A stretch of 64,000 nt of DNA from Eutreptiella sp. 'Long Island Sound 2002' (taxonomy: Eukaryota > Protista > Euglenida). The number at the start of each line of letters is the position of its first letter. The stretch's first letter is position 1. A model generated the notes under the pieces. It did not search any database. It saw nothing but the letters and a program-made list of their open reading frames with translations, and was not told the DNA's origin. The stretch lies in assembly GCA_964036045.1 (NCBI GenBank), contig OZ038379.1, positions 14,260,001-14,324,000 on the forward strand, in the 5' to 3' direction. The position numbers and the translations under genes are program-made. This document shows, piece by piece, positions 34,201 through 46,397 of the stretch.

Positions 34201-35960
34201 AGAAGGCCGTGGTTTGGTAGCCGTTTTGATTGCTCTCTTTTTGGGCACCTCGAGAAGGCATGGGTTATGTACACACATTGATTGTGCTCCCCTTTGGGGA
34301 TTGTACCAAGGCGGTGGTTTTTTTAGGCACATTGATTGGTCACCACATGGTTGACCTCGAGAACACGTGCGGCCACGTTGATTGCTCACCATGTTGGGGC
34401 CCGGCAGATTGTAGGGGTGACGTAACCACATTGGTTGCTGTCACATTGCGGCCGCCGAGAAGGTATTGATTTTGAAGTTGTTTTGATTGCTTGCCTCTTT
34501 GGGGGCACCCAGAAAGCATTGGTCATGTAGCCACATTGACCGCTCTCCACCTTAGGCACTCTGCGTAGGCGGCATTTATGTCGCCACATTGATTGCTCAC
34601 TACGTTGTGGACCCAGAGAAGGCAGGGGTTATGTAGCCACATTGCTCGCTCTCACATTTGGGCCCCCCGGAAGGCCATGATTTTCTCGTAGTCTCATTTG
34701 CTCCTTCTTTGGGGACCTCGAGAAGGCAGTGGTTGTGTAGCCGCATCGATTGCTCCCAATATCTAGGACTCCCCTGCAGCACGCATTATGTAGCCACTTT
34801 GATTTCTCCCCACTTTGTAAACTCTTCGGCCACAGAGGTTATGTGGCCATATTAATTTCACCCCACTTCGGCGATTCCGGGAAGGCACAAGTGATGTAGC
34901 CACATTGATCGTCCCCACTTTGGTAACCTAGCGAACGTCGTAGTCCCTCCCCATTTCAGCTATCCTCGGAGGGCATAGGTGATGTGGCCACATTGCTCCG
35001 ACAAGGAAGGGGTTATGTAGCCATATTGATTGCTCCCCACTTGGGCCCCGGGAGCAAGCTGACGTAGCCACCATGATTGCTCCCAACTTGCAGGACACCA
35101 CAAAGAAAGGGACTACCTAGCCGCATTGCTTGCCCCCTACTTTAAGGATGCTAAGAAGTCAACAGTTAGTTAGCCACATTGGTTGTATCCTGTTTTGGGC
35201 ACTCCGAGAAGGCCGGGGTTAAAAAGCCACAATAAGTGCTCCACCCTTTGGGGGTACCGAGCAAGCAGTCGTTACGCGGCCACATTCATTGCTCATCATG
35301 TTCGGTACACCGCAAACAGACATGTGATATAACCACAGTGTTTGCTCTCACATTCAAGCCCGCACCTAGACCATGGTGTTGTAGCCGTATTGAACCCTAC
35401 ATCATTCGGGACCTCGAGCAGGCAGCGGTTCTTTAGCCACATTTTTTGCTCTCACATTGGCGCCCGCGAGAAGCCAATGGTTATGTAGCCAGATTGACTG
35501 CCCCCGGTTTTGAGGACCAGTAGAAGGCAAGGGTTATGTAGCAACATTGATTCCTCACCATGTTGGGCACCCCAGAAGGCGGCAGTCATGTGGCCACATT
35601 CATTGCGTACTTTGAGTATTGAAAAACAATGCCGTTTGTGACCTGTGTTCAAAAATTTTAACTTTTATTGCTTTTAGGCCCACTTTTCATGACACTTGTT
35701 GGGGGCATTTCGAGGGGGAGTTTATTTTTTGGGCGGGCGAGCAACTTGGGCCGTCCAAGTGGAAGGGCGAGCTAACTTCCGCAAATTCATCGCTCCCCCC
35801 GCTTGGGACCCCAACAACAAAGAGACTACGTGCTCGTATCCCTCGGACCCCACTTTCTCGATCCTTAGACATCACGTCTTAGGTGGCTTCATTGACTATG
35901 CTCCATTTTAGGGACTCTGAGATTGCAAGGCCACGTTTGTTGCTCCCCGCTTTGGAGATC
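25240..35960 (+). repeat. Degenerate 52-53 bp satellite array (core TATGTAGCCACATTGATTGCTC)
   Basis: Core recurs every 52-53 nt (27458, 27511, 27563, 27616, 27669...); three recurring monomer variants; nested block duplications. Confidence 0.92.
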
Positions 35961-38296
35961 TTTAGTTTCCGTAGAAACTGAAGTTTAATTCGTTCCCTGG
36001 AGCTGCCGTTGATAGTGTGTTTATGCAGCATCTATATGTTTCCTTTCCGCGCTTAGTCGATTTTGGTAATCGAAATGGAGGGTGCACCGCATGGATTAGA
36101 CGCACTGATCAAATTCTCCACAGATCACCACGAGAAGAGGTCGGAAAATGTAGGCAAAAAGCAGGTGCTGGACGTGGCCCATTTGGAGTGGAAAAGGATC
36201 AATCAGAGTCGCGGTTGGGTGGCTCGGATCCAGCATGCGGTTCAGCAGGTGGTGCCTGCGGGGCATGATGTCAGGGAGTTGTGGAATTTGCTAGCTGCAT
36301 ACGAGCTATACACAGGGACGCCGTTCAACGTGCCTCCATGCAGACTGTAGAGGGCGGTCTTCAAGCCACTGTCATCACTCACCTCACGCAAAGGATCAAT
36401 ACCTAGTTTGTCATAGCTCCTCCTGTTGTTCCTTGCCTTCTTTCCATAGGTGCCCCCCCCTCCTACTTCTCCTTCCACTCCCGCGGCTATTGCCGCTCAC
36501 ACCGGGCGACCAGCCTAGTGGAGCGACAACCCTCGTGTTGCAGTACGGCGCCACCAGCCACAACCAGCACCCCAGCAAAACGAGGAAGGCGGCCCACAGA
36601 CCGCACTCAGCCAGCTCAGCCCCACTAGGCGGCGCCATTGGGAACCGCCGTGTGTCTTGGACCTTTGAAACCACCCAGTGCCCAACCCCCAAGACACTAT
36701 GAGCTCCATGCAGGCTGTAGAGGACAATCTTCAGGCCAATGTCATCAGTCATCCAACGGATGAGTACCTAGTCCGTCTTAGCTCCTCTTGTTGTTCCTTG
36801 CCTTCTTTCCACAACCGCTCCCGCTCCTCTTGTCTCTCCTTCTATCTCGGCGGCTACTGCCGCAACCCAGGGCAAGGCTCACATAGCGCAACCAGCCTGG
36901 CCGAGCCGCCAACCTTTGTGTTGCAGTAGGGCGCCAGCAACACAAGGACGACGGCCCGCAGGCCGCACTCAACCGGCCGAGCCCCACTAGGCGGCACCAC
37001 TTGGAAACCCCATATGTCTTGGACCATTGAAGCCACACGCCGCCCAACGCCCATGACACTACTAGCTCCATGCGGACTGTACGGGACAATCTTCAGGCCA
37101 GTGTCATCGGTCACCTCACACAACCAGATCAATGAGTAGTCTGTCACATGCCAAAGGTGAAGCCCTCGTTTGTACTATATGCCCTACTTCTTGAACCTGG
37201 CGGTTGCCTGAGAGCTCACATTACACTCTTTGAACTTGTTGAGCCCCAGGGAAAAAAAATGCGTAGTCTGTCATAGCTCCTCTTTTTGTTGCTTCATCTC
37301 TTTCCGCAGCCGCTCCCGCTCCTCCTGCTTCTCCTTTTGCTCCCGCGGCTGCTGCCGCGGCTATGAAGGCAAGGCTCACCTAGCGCAACCAGCCTAGCCA
37401 AGCCGCCAATCTTCATGGTGCAGTAAGGCGCCACCAGCCACAGCAAGCAGCCCAGCAGCACAAGGAAGGCGGCCCACGGGCCACACGGCTCTTCAACACA
37501 AGAACTCAAGCTGCATGTGGTGCATACCAACCACGTGTGGCAATTTTGACTAGGTTGCAAACCTGTTTTGGGCAAGGAAAAAAGCTGTCTGTTTTTGGCC
37601 CAATAAGGAGGTGAAGAATTAGGAGTGCACCACTTGGTGCCTATGCCCCACGCCAGCATTGGGGATTTTTTGGCTCAAAACTTGGATTTGGCAAGGCCAC
37701 CAGCTCAGCTCTAGTATGGCTAGAGTATAGTATACCATGAAGCGCTAGGAAGTAATAGTGACCAAAACAGAAAGGTGACGTGGTTGCTTGCCAGCAATAT
37801 TACGACACCCCTCTCTCCTTAAACCTAGCTGAAAACAAGCCACAACAAGCGAACAACAAGCAACACTTCTCCGTTCTATCTTGGCCATTACTCCATCCCC
37901 ACACATCACGCTCTATTGTACTCTAGCCATCTTCTACATTGACACATGGCCTGCCCAGAACCAAAGGTGGAGCCCAAAACTCACCAGTGGCGGCCCGGGG
38001 TGTAGGCACCAAGTAGGGAGGTGCCATCCCAAATCTGCGCAATTTAGGGCCCAAATCAGGCGTTTTTTTTGCCCAAATCAGCCCCAAAGTGCATTCTAAA
38101 ACAGCCAAAGGCTTGCTTTCCCCGCCAGCGATGCATCCATTGGTGCAACACCACACACGTGTACCTCAGCAAGGGACGTGGTACCCGAGCAGTGGCACAG
38201 CCAACTGGTGAAGGACTCAGGCAGATGAAAGGAAGGGCGGCAATCATCAAGCACAGCTGTTGCTGATGTGCACACCTGTTGCTCATGTGCATGGTT

Positions 38297-38482
38297 CAAC
38301 GCAACGAATACAATGCCAAATATGGCAGGCCTGCAATCCACAACGGGATGGGCTTGTGAATCCAATTGAACCATGGACTGATATGCAGAGTTGGTGAGGG
38401 AGGACAGATACGACTCCCCTTCAGCCGATAGAATGGCTGGGTCCAAGTTGAAGACCTTGCCCTGGACAATGAACTGCAGCAC
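38297..38482 (-). pseudogene. BTB/POZ (KCTD/T1-type)-like domain fragment
   Basis: VLQFIVQGKVFNLDPAILSAEGESYLSSL...PVVDCRPAIFGIVFVAL resembles the T1/KCTD pattern V.LNVGG..F.T....L....S.L..L...F.DRDP..F..IL.YL (alignment by eye). Confidence 0.55.
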
Positions 38483-40800
38483 CTTTGCATCTTCACAGAC
38501 ACATGCGACATCAACTCCCCTGCAAGGACGTAAAAGCTGCCGCTGGAGGGCTCTGCATAGCACAGGGCGCACAAAGCAGGTTCGGCACGCACGCACAACG
38601 AATATCCAGCAGCTGCCTAGCAGCCAAGCATAGCGACTTTCCGCATGGTAGGCACAACACCGCATGCTAATAGGGAAACAAAACAGGGAACAAATTAATG
38701 GATCACATGACACAAGACGCATGACACCACACAGAGTCTGATGGATCCAAATCCTTATCTTCTTGGTCATATCTTGTGGTGCAACGTATGCAGTGACATG
38801 TGGGGTTGTTCCCATGCTATGTGCATTTTCTCTCTGAAAGACGATGATAGCCCCATGATAACCCTAGACAACTCCCCTGAAGCCTGGAGCGTAAACCCCT
38901 ACCAGGTCAACCCCCCCTCTCCCTCCTGCGCCGCCTATGAGAGGCAAAAACTTATTTGGGGGGACGGTAAATAATAGGCCCGGTTCATGATTTACCCGTT
39001 GAGAACACTCCATATGATCACCGATTCGCTGCAAGCTGTACCACAGGTCCATAGCACAAAAAAAGGAGCCCACCCAATTCTTGTGTGCCAATATGACAGA
39101 TACAGCTGATACCTTAGAACCAATGGCGGCAAACATGATGTCGTCACCCAAAGACATGTCCCTTGGAACCATTTGGTCACAGGTAATCTATGTAGTCCTA
39201 GTGTGTGCAGCTATTCACCGGTCATCTCAAACACCCCCTTTTTCCTACTTGAGGGCCAGATAGAGTGACAACAGCGACTGAAACTTTAATATATGGCAAC
39301 CGGCCGGGTCACCATGTCAAACAGGTGTTGTGCATGCATCAAAATCAAAAATGCTGAGCCCAAGGTGCGTCCTGTTTGCAGGTTACCGCAGACTTCTGCA
39401 TACAGTGCACCCAGCCATATTGTGTATTGGCGGCAGCGGCAGCGGTATAGCAGTACTGACAGCTACCATGCACCGCTTCTAGAGGCGATCCTGCAGCCCA
39501 GAGCTCTTGGTGGTTGCTGCAGTCAAACTAAATTCAGTGGGCATGCATCACAAGGCTGGCACACAACAACATCTAACAAAAGATAACAAGTTACCTCACT
39601 TCTATTTGTCAATTGGTGTCATATGCTCGGACTGGGCTTCTCCAAGACCTTTTTAGGGTCTCTTGCGCAGGCGCTGTTCGAAATGTAATTGACCAATGGT
39701 TGGTACTCTCATGCTGCTCTGTCTCCCAAAAGGCATCGACAAAGGGACCAAGCCAAGGAAATGCCACTTTGATTGCAACTTTGAATTGCTGGGCATTATC
39801 AGAAGTAGCAAATGCCGCCATCGCTTTTCTCGCACCTATACTTGCTAGTTGTCCTTTATACTTAATGAAGCAGAGGGTTAACTCCTGCCACCTTGCCCTT
39901 TGGAGGGCTGTCGAAATACACCTCCAGCCCTACCACAGGCATTGTGTCGGACTTCGCCATCACTACCAAATGATTTGGTGCAGGTGCCCCCCAGTGCTCC
40001 AAATCGTTACGGTCGAACGGCTTCATAGGTGAGGAGAACATAAAGCTTGCGGTTCTACGCTGCAATGAAGTGATGCAACGAAATAGCCTTGTTTCAATCG
40101 CTAAAAAGCGAGCAATGCCTGATTGCAACGAGACAATACTTTTGGGGATTTGGCATCATCCTCCTGATCATCTTCTTTGCGTTCACGCTTCCTTGTTTGT
40201 ATTTGCTGTGGCGCATGCTGCCAACAATGCACCTCATTCTTCACCCAGCGGCTCCGGACATGTTCGCCACATTGTGGACAAGGATGATCGGCCGTTTTCG
40301 CATCGGGCTGCTTGTTAACCTGAATAAGAGTGAATGGAGCCTGCAGAAGACTAACCTTGTTTAACGCACAAATCAAACCCAAGACCGACCCAGCTCCGAG
40401 GGCATGTTTAAGTTGAGTGGGTGCTATTCTTGACGGCAAGTGTGCAAGTGTTTGGGAAGTGCACTCTTCAAGAGGATGCCTAGTACGTCATGCAATCCCC
40501 ACACAGCACAACTAAAAATGGTATTTCGTAGGAAGCAAGAACGTGACAACATGCATGCTGCCCCCACTCGTCAGCTGCACTCCGGAACCAAAATTAAACC
40601 GTTGCACATTCACACATGGCCGTTATGAAATGTCCAATCTTCAATGAGAACCTGTGTAACAACCGCCTCCTTCACTTTGGCTTTCGCAAGAATGGTGCAT
40701 CCTGTTTTTTGCCATCTGCTGCCGCAAATTGTTGACCAATGTGAAACATAAGAACCTCCAAGCGACACATTTGGGGTAGGTGGTCCATAAAAATGGACCT

Positions 40801-40971
40801 CTGTTCTGTTCTGTTCTGTTTTGTTCTGTTCTGTTCCGTTCTATTCTGTTCTGTTCTGTTCGGTTCGGTGTGGTTCGGTTTGGTTCGGTTTTGTTCTTAT
40901 CTGATTTGTTCTATTCTGTTCTGTTGTGTTGTGTTTCTTTCTGTTTAGTTTTGTTTAGTTCTGTTCTATTT
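40801..40971 (+). repeat. (GTTCT/GTTCG)n degenerate microsatellite tail
   Basis: Pentamer repeats; other copies at 48220-48390 and 63031-63292. Confidence 0.95.
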
Positions 40972-43459
40972 CACACAAGGAAAGGCTTATGCAGGCACCT
41001 TGATTGCTCACCACTTTGGCCATCCCGAGAACACAGACATTATGTCGCCATATTGATTGCTTCCCATTTCAACGATCCGTGGAAGGCATAGGTGATGTTG
41101 CCACATTGCTCCGAGAGGGAAGGGGTTATGTAGCCATTTTGATTGCTCCCCTCTTTCGCAGCCCCGGGAATGGCAAGCTGACTTGGCCACCATGATTGCA
41201 TGCAACTTGGAGGACCCCAAGATGGAATGGTCTACGTAGCCACACTGCTGGCCCCCGAGTTTGGGATGCTTAGAAAGCAACGGTTAGGTAGCCACATTGA
41301 TTGGGTTTTAATTTGGGTATTCTGAGAAGGCTGGGGTGAAATAGCCACGTCGATTGCTTCATTCTTTGGTGATACCGATCAAGCAGTCGTTACGTTGCCA
41401 CATTGATTGCCCACCATGTTCGGTACGCCGAGTAGGCAGGGGTGATGTAGCCGCATTGATTGCCGTCACATTCGGGCCTACAATGAGGCCATGGTTTTGC
41501 AGCCGTCTTGATTAATCCATCATTCGGCATCTCCACTAGGCAATCTTTCCGTCGCCACATTGATTGCCCACCCCTTTGGGCGCTCTGCGAAGGCGGGGGG
41601 TTATGTAGCCAAATTCATTGCTCACCATGTTGGGGACAATGCGAAGGCAAGGTTGATTTGGCCACATTGATTGCTCTCAAACTGGGGCCCGCGAGAAGGC
41701 CGTGGTTTGGTAGCCGTTTTGATTGCTCTCTTTTTGGGCACCTCGAGAAGGCATGGGTTATGTACACACATTGATTGTGCTCCCCTTTGGGGATTGTACC
41801 AAGGCGGTGGTTTTTTTAGGCACATTGATTGGTCACCACATGGTTGACCTCGAGAACACATGGTTATGCGGCCACGTTGATTGCTCACCATGTTGGGGCC
41901 CGGCAGATTGTAGGGGTGACGTAACCACATTGGTTGCTGTCACATTGCGGCCGCCGAGAAGGTATTGATTTTGAAGTTGTTTTGATTTCTTGCCTCTTTG
42001 GGGGCACCCAGAAAGCATTGGTCATGTAGCCACATTGACCGCTCTCCACCTTAGGCACTCTGCGTAGGCGGCATTTATGTCGCCACATTGATTGCTCACT
42101 ACGTTGTGGACCCGGAGAAGGCAGGGGTTATGTAGCCACATTGCTCGCTCTCACATTTGGGCCCCCCGGAAGGCCATGATTTTCTCGTAGTCTCATTTGC
42201 TCCTTCTTTGGGGACCTCGAGAAGGCAGTGGTTGTGTAGCCGCATCAATTGCTCCCAATATCTAGGACTCCCCTGCAGCGCGCATTATGTAGCCACTTTG
42301 ATTTCTCCCCACTTTGTAAACTCTTCGGCCACAGAGGTTATGTGGCCATATTAATTTCACCCCACTTCGGCGATTCCGGGAAGGCACAAGTGATGTAGCC
42401 ACATTGATCGTCCCCACTTTGGTAACCTAGAGAACGTCGTAGTCCCTCCCCATTTCAGCTATCCTCGGAGGGCATAGGTGATGTGGCCACATTGCTCCGA
42501 CAAGGAAGGGGTTATGTAGCCATATTGATTGCTCCCCACTTGGGCCCCGGGAGCAAGCTGACGTAGCCACCATGATTGCTCCCAACTTGCAGGACACCAC
42601 AAAGAAAGGGACTACCTAGCCGCATTGCTTGCCCCCTACGTTAAGGATGCTAAGAAGTCAACAGTTAGTTAGCCACATTGGTTGTATCCTGTTTTGGGCA
42701 CTCCGAGAAGGCCGGGGTTAAAAAGCCACAATAAGTGCTGCACCCTTTGGGGGTACCGAGCAAGCAGTCGTTACGCGGCCACATTCATTGCTCATCATGT
42801 TCGGTACACCGCAAAGAGACATGTGATATAACCACAGTGTTTGCTCTCACATTCAAGCCCGCACCTAGACCATGGTGTTGTAGCCGTATTGAACCCTACA
42901 TCATTCGGGACCTCAAGCAGGCAGCGGTTCTTTAGCCACATTTTTTGCTCTCACATTGGCGCCCGCGAGAAGCCAATGGTTATGTAGCCAGATTGACTGC
43001 CCCCGGTTTTGAGGACCAGTAGAAGGCAAGGGTTATGTAGCAACATTGATTCCTCACCATGTTGGGCACCCCAGAAGGCGGCAGTCATGTGGCCACAGTC
43101 ATTGCGTACTTTGAGTATTGAAAAACAATGCCGTTTGTGACCTATGTTCAAAAATTTTAACTTTTATTGCTTTTAGGCCCAGTTTTCATGACACTTGTTG
43201 GGGGCATTTCGAGGGGGAGTTTATTTTTTGGGCGGGCGATTAACTTGGGCCGTCCAAGTGGAAGGGCGAGCTAACTTCGGCAAATTCATTGCTCCCCCCG
43301 CTTGGGACCCCTACAACAAAAAGACTACGTGCTCGTATCCCTCGGGCCCCACTTTCTCCATCCTTAGACATCACGTCTTAGGTGGCTTCATTGACTATGT
43401 CCCATTTTAGGGACTCTGAGATTGCAAGGCCACGTTTGTTGCTCCCCGCTTTGGAGATC
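40972..43459 (+). repeat. Satellite block, copy of ~33480-35960
   Basis: Colinear with 33.5-36 kb (offset ~7.49-7.50 kb) and with 48391-50878 (offset 7419). Confidence 0.9.
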
Positions 43460-43789
43460 TTTAGTTTCCGTAGAAACTGAAGTTTAATTCGTTCCCTGGA
43501 GCTGCAGTCGATAGTGTGTTTATGCAGCATCTATATGTTCCCTTTCGGCGCTTAGTCGATTTTGGTAATCGAAATGGAGGGTGCACCGCATGGATTAGAC
43601 GCACTGATCAAATTCTCCACAGATCACCAGGAGAAGTGGTCAAAAAATGTAGGCAAAAAGCAGGTGCTGGACATGGCCCATTTGGAGTGGAAAAGGATCA
43701 ATCAGAGTCACGGTTGGGTGGCTCGGATCCAGCATGCGGTTCAGCAGGTGGTGCCTGCGGGGCATGATGTCAGGGAGTTGTGGTATTTG

Positions 43790-46378
43790 CAGCCATGGTA
43801 GGGGGGGGCTTCTTCAAATCGGAGAGCCCAAGTTTTGCCTTGAGTGCAGCGGACAATGCACTCACGTCAGGGTCTTCATCACCTGCACACAGGACCCGGG
43901 AAAGCAGCTCCATTGTCTCATCGAGACCAAGCTTAGGGGCTGCCATACGTGGGGGCAAACCTCGCTCCACGCATGAGGGTTCAGGAGCCACCCCCTTTGG
44001 GGAGGGTACTGGCTCCAGGCACTCGGGCTCCTTCGGCTCCTTCGAAGGTGTAGGTTCTCTGGAAATCTAGTCAGGTTTCCAGTCTGACGAATGGGCCGAC
44101 GCCAACGCATCCAATTCGCCGTACGGTATCTCGAATATCTCGTCCAAGGGGAGGGTCCCAATGTACAATATGTACAGTGCCCAAGGGGGGGGGTCCCAAT
44201 GTACGATATGTACAGTGCCCAAGGGGGGGGGGTCCCAATGTACGATATGTACAGTGCCCAAGGGGGGGGGGGTCCCAATGTACGATATGTACAGTGCCCA
44301 AGGGGTGGGGTCCCAATGTACCATATGTATATTGCCCAAGGGGAGAGTCCAAACGTACGATATGTACAGTGCCCAAGAGGAGGGTCCCAATGTACGATAT
44401 GTACAGTGCCCAAGGTGTGGGGTCCCAATGTACCATATGTACAATGCCCAAGGGGGGGGGTCCCAATGTACGATATGTACAGTGCCCAAGGGGAGGGTCC
44501 GAATGTACGATATGTACAGTGCCCAAGGGGGGGGGGTCCCAATGTACGATATGTACAGTGCCCAAGGGGGGGGGTCCCAATGTACGATATGTACAGTGCC
44601 CAAGGGGGGGGGGTCCCAATGTAAGATATGTACAGTGCCCAAGGGGGGGGGTCCCAATTTAAGATATCTACAGTGCCCAAGGGGGGGGGGGTCCCAATGT
44701 ACGATATGTACAGTGCCTAAGGGGAGGGTCCCAATGTAAGATATGTACAGTGCCCAAGGGGGGGGGGTCCCAATGTAAGATATCTACAGTGCCCAAGGGG
44801 GGGGGTCCCAATGTACGATATGTACAGTGCCTAAGGGGAGGGTCCCAATGTAAGATATGTACAGTGCCCAAGGGGGGGGTCCCGCTGTACAATATGGGCA
44901 GTGTCCAAGGGGGGGGTCCCAATGTACGATACGTACAGTGCCCAAGGGGAGGGTCCCAATGTACGAGGAGGAAGAGGAGGAGACGCGGCTCAATCCGGCG
45001 CGCATGACCTTCCCCATGGTGCCTACTGGCTCACCCCCCGGGACACCCCTGTTTAGCGGGCTGGGGGATGCTGGTCTCCCTGTGTACCTGAAACCGGCTT
45101 AAGCATCATGGCGGGGCCTCTCCCCCATTTGAGCCTCTTCCTTGTAGTGTGGCGGGCCCCCGGACCTTGTCCCCACGTACCGCACTGGAGGTCCGTACCG
45201 TAGTACCCAGGTCAGGTTGCTTGGGGGCATGTTTTTTGTTGGCGTGTTGCGACGCCGCGCTTATACCAGAGGGCCAACCGGTTGTGTGTGTGGTCAGGAC
45301 CGTGGTGGACGTCAATAGTGACCCCTGGATGCCACAAGCAGCATAATTTTACATCAAAAATGTCTGTTGACAGAGTGGGAACACAACTGCACAGCAGTGC
45401 ACCCCATTACAACCCAACAACCTTGATTCAACTGCCCTTTTTACTGCTGCTGCCAGGAATCCATTGATTCGGGCTAAGGATTCGGGCGCATTCGTGGAAT
45501 CCGAGTCCTTGAAACAGGGGGCCGGGAATGCTTTTCATCCTTCAGTCATGTGTACTTTTTGGACGTACAAAAAATTGCTTTGTGCCGAGTTTGCATGTGA
45601 GAAATGGGCATGCAAACCCGAGGCTCAACCTCACCCTTCGCCGCAGCAACGCACCTGTTGTTCCCTGCTCCGGCTGCTGGGATGCTTGTGCTCCGACGAC
45701 CTTTTCTGTTGTTTCCTGCTCCAATCGGCTCTTTTCGATGCACTGCTCGCTCGCTGGGACCTGTCCGAACTGTGGCTGCTGTGATGCTCGTGCTCCGACG
45801 ACCTTTTCTGCACCTGCAAGAGAGACGGCCAAATGAGGCACATCAGTGTGCACCAAACGAGGCACGCAATTCCATTACGTCTACGCACCCGCCATCATTT
45901 GCTTCCCAGCGGCTAGTCCGCCCCAAGTAGCCCCGAACATCGGTCCCAAAGCTGCATCTTTCCCTTTTCCTTTCATTGTTGTGCTTCTCCAGGCTTTGAC
46001 CTTGGCATTGGCCACTTCGAACCCTAGAATAGGCGTGGTTTCGGACGGGGGCAATGAGGACACGACCGAAGCTAAGGCGGTTGCCACGGGGTCCTTGTCC
46101 TCGAGGCGCGTGAGATTCGCCCGCATTAAGCCAGGCACCTTAGCGCCCGGCCGGACTTCTTCTGTATATATTTTTGTATTCTCTTCCGCCCCTCTTGGTT
46201 CTGCATGTCCTCCCAGAGGACCAGTATCACGGGGTACACCACTTGTAGATGAAGGTCCAGCCTTCACATCATCAGTTTTTGATCTGGTGCTTGTGATCGG
46301 TACGGTTTTGGCAGACATCTCCACAGTTCAGAATACAAGTGTTTCTTGGTGTTCTTCGTGTTTTGCTTTAGTCTTCTA
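43790..46378 (-). pseudogene. Duplicate of the gag-b internal region
   Basis: Copy of 51209-53810. Confidence 0.5.
44146..44964 (+). repeat. G-rich 37-40 bp minisatellite (AA-Gn-TCCCAATGTACGATATGTACAGTGCCC), ~21 units
   Basis: Tandem units with a variable G-run; identical 21-bp seed at both ends. Confidence 0.95.
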
Positions 46379-46386
46379 GGGCCCGT

Positions 46387-46397
46387 CTCTGCTACCA
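46387..46397 (-). promoter_or_regulatory. PBS (tRNA-iMet), duplicated copy
   Basis: TGGTAGCAGAG on the minus strand. Confidence 0.75.

Larger units (their letters stand above)
36354..40971 (-). mobile_element. ~4.6 kb unclassified repeat element (copy 1): three ~360-bp subterminal units, decayed ORFs including a BTB-like domain, terminal hairpin and (GTTCT)n tail
   Basis: Colinear with 58674-63292; homology begins at ACTGTAGAGGGCGG in both copies; units start near 36355, 36716 and 37076. Confidence 0.8.

Noticed and set aside
25240-35960. CRISPR-like look (conserved ~22-nt core plus ~30-nt variable part)
   Set aside because: The variable parts are three recurring related variants rather than unique spacers; the cores are degenerate; no cas genes; eukaryotic context.
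40780-41091. Hydrophobic FCSVL-repeat ORFs resembling membrane proteins (also 48199 and 63010)
   Set aside because: Translation of the (GTTCT)n microsatellite.
44067-44922. Repetitive ORFs (GPPPLGTVHI..., MYSAQGGG...) and CRISPR-like hairpin units
   Set aside because: Translations of a tandem minisatellite in all frames; no spacers; G-run length changes shift frames freely.
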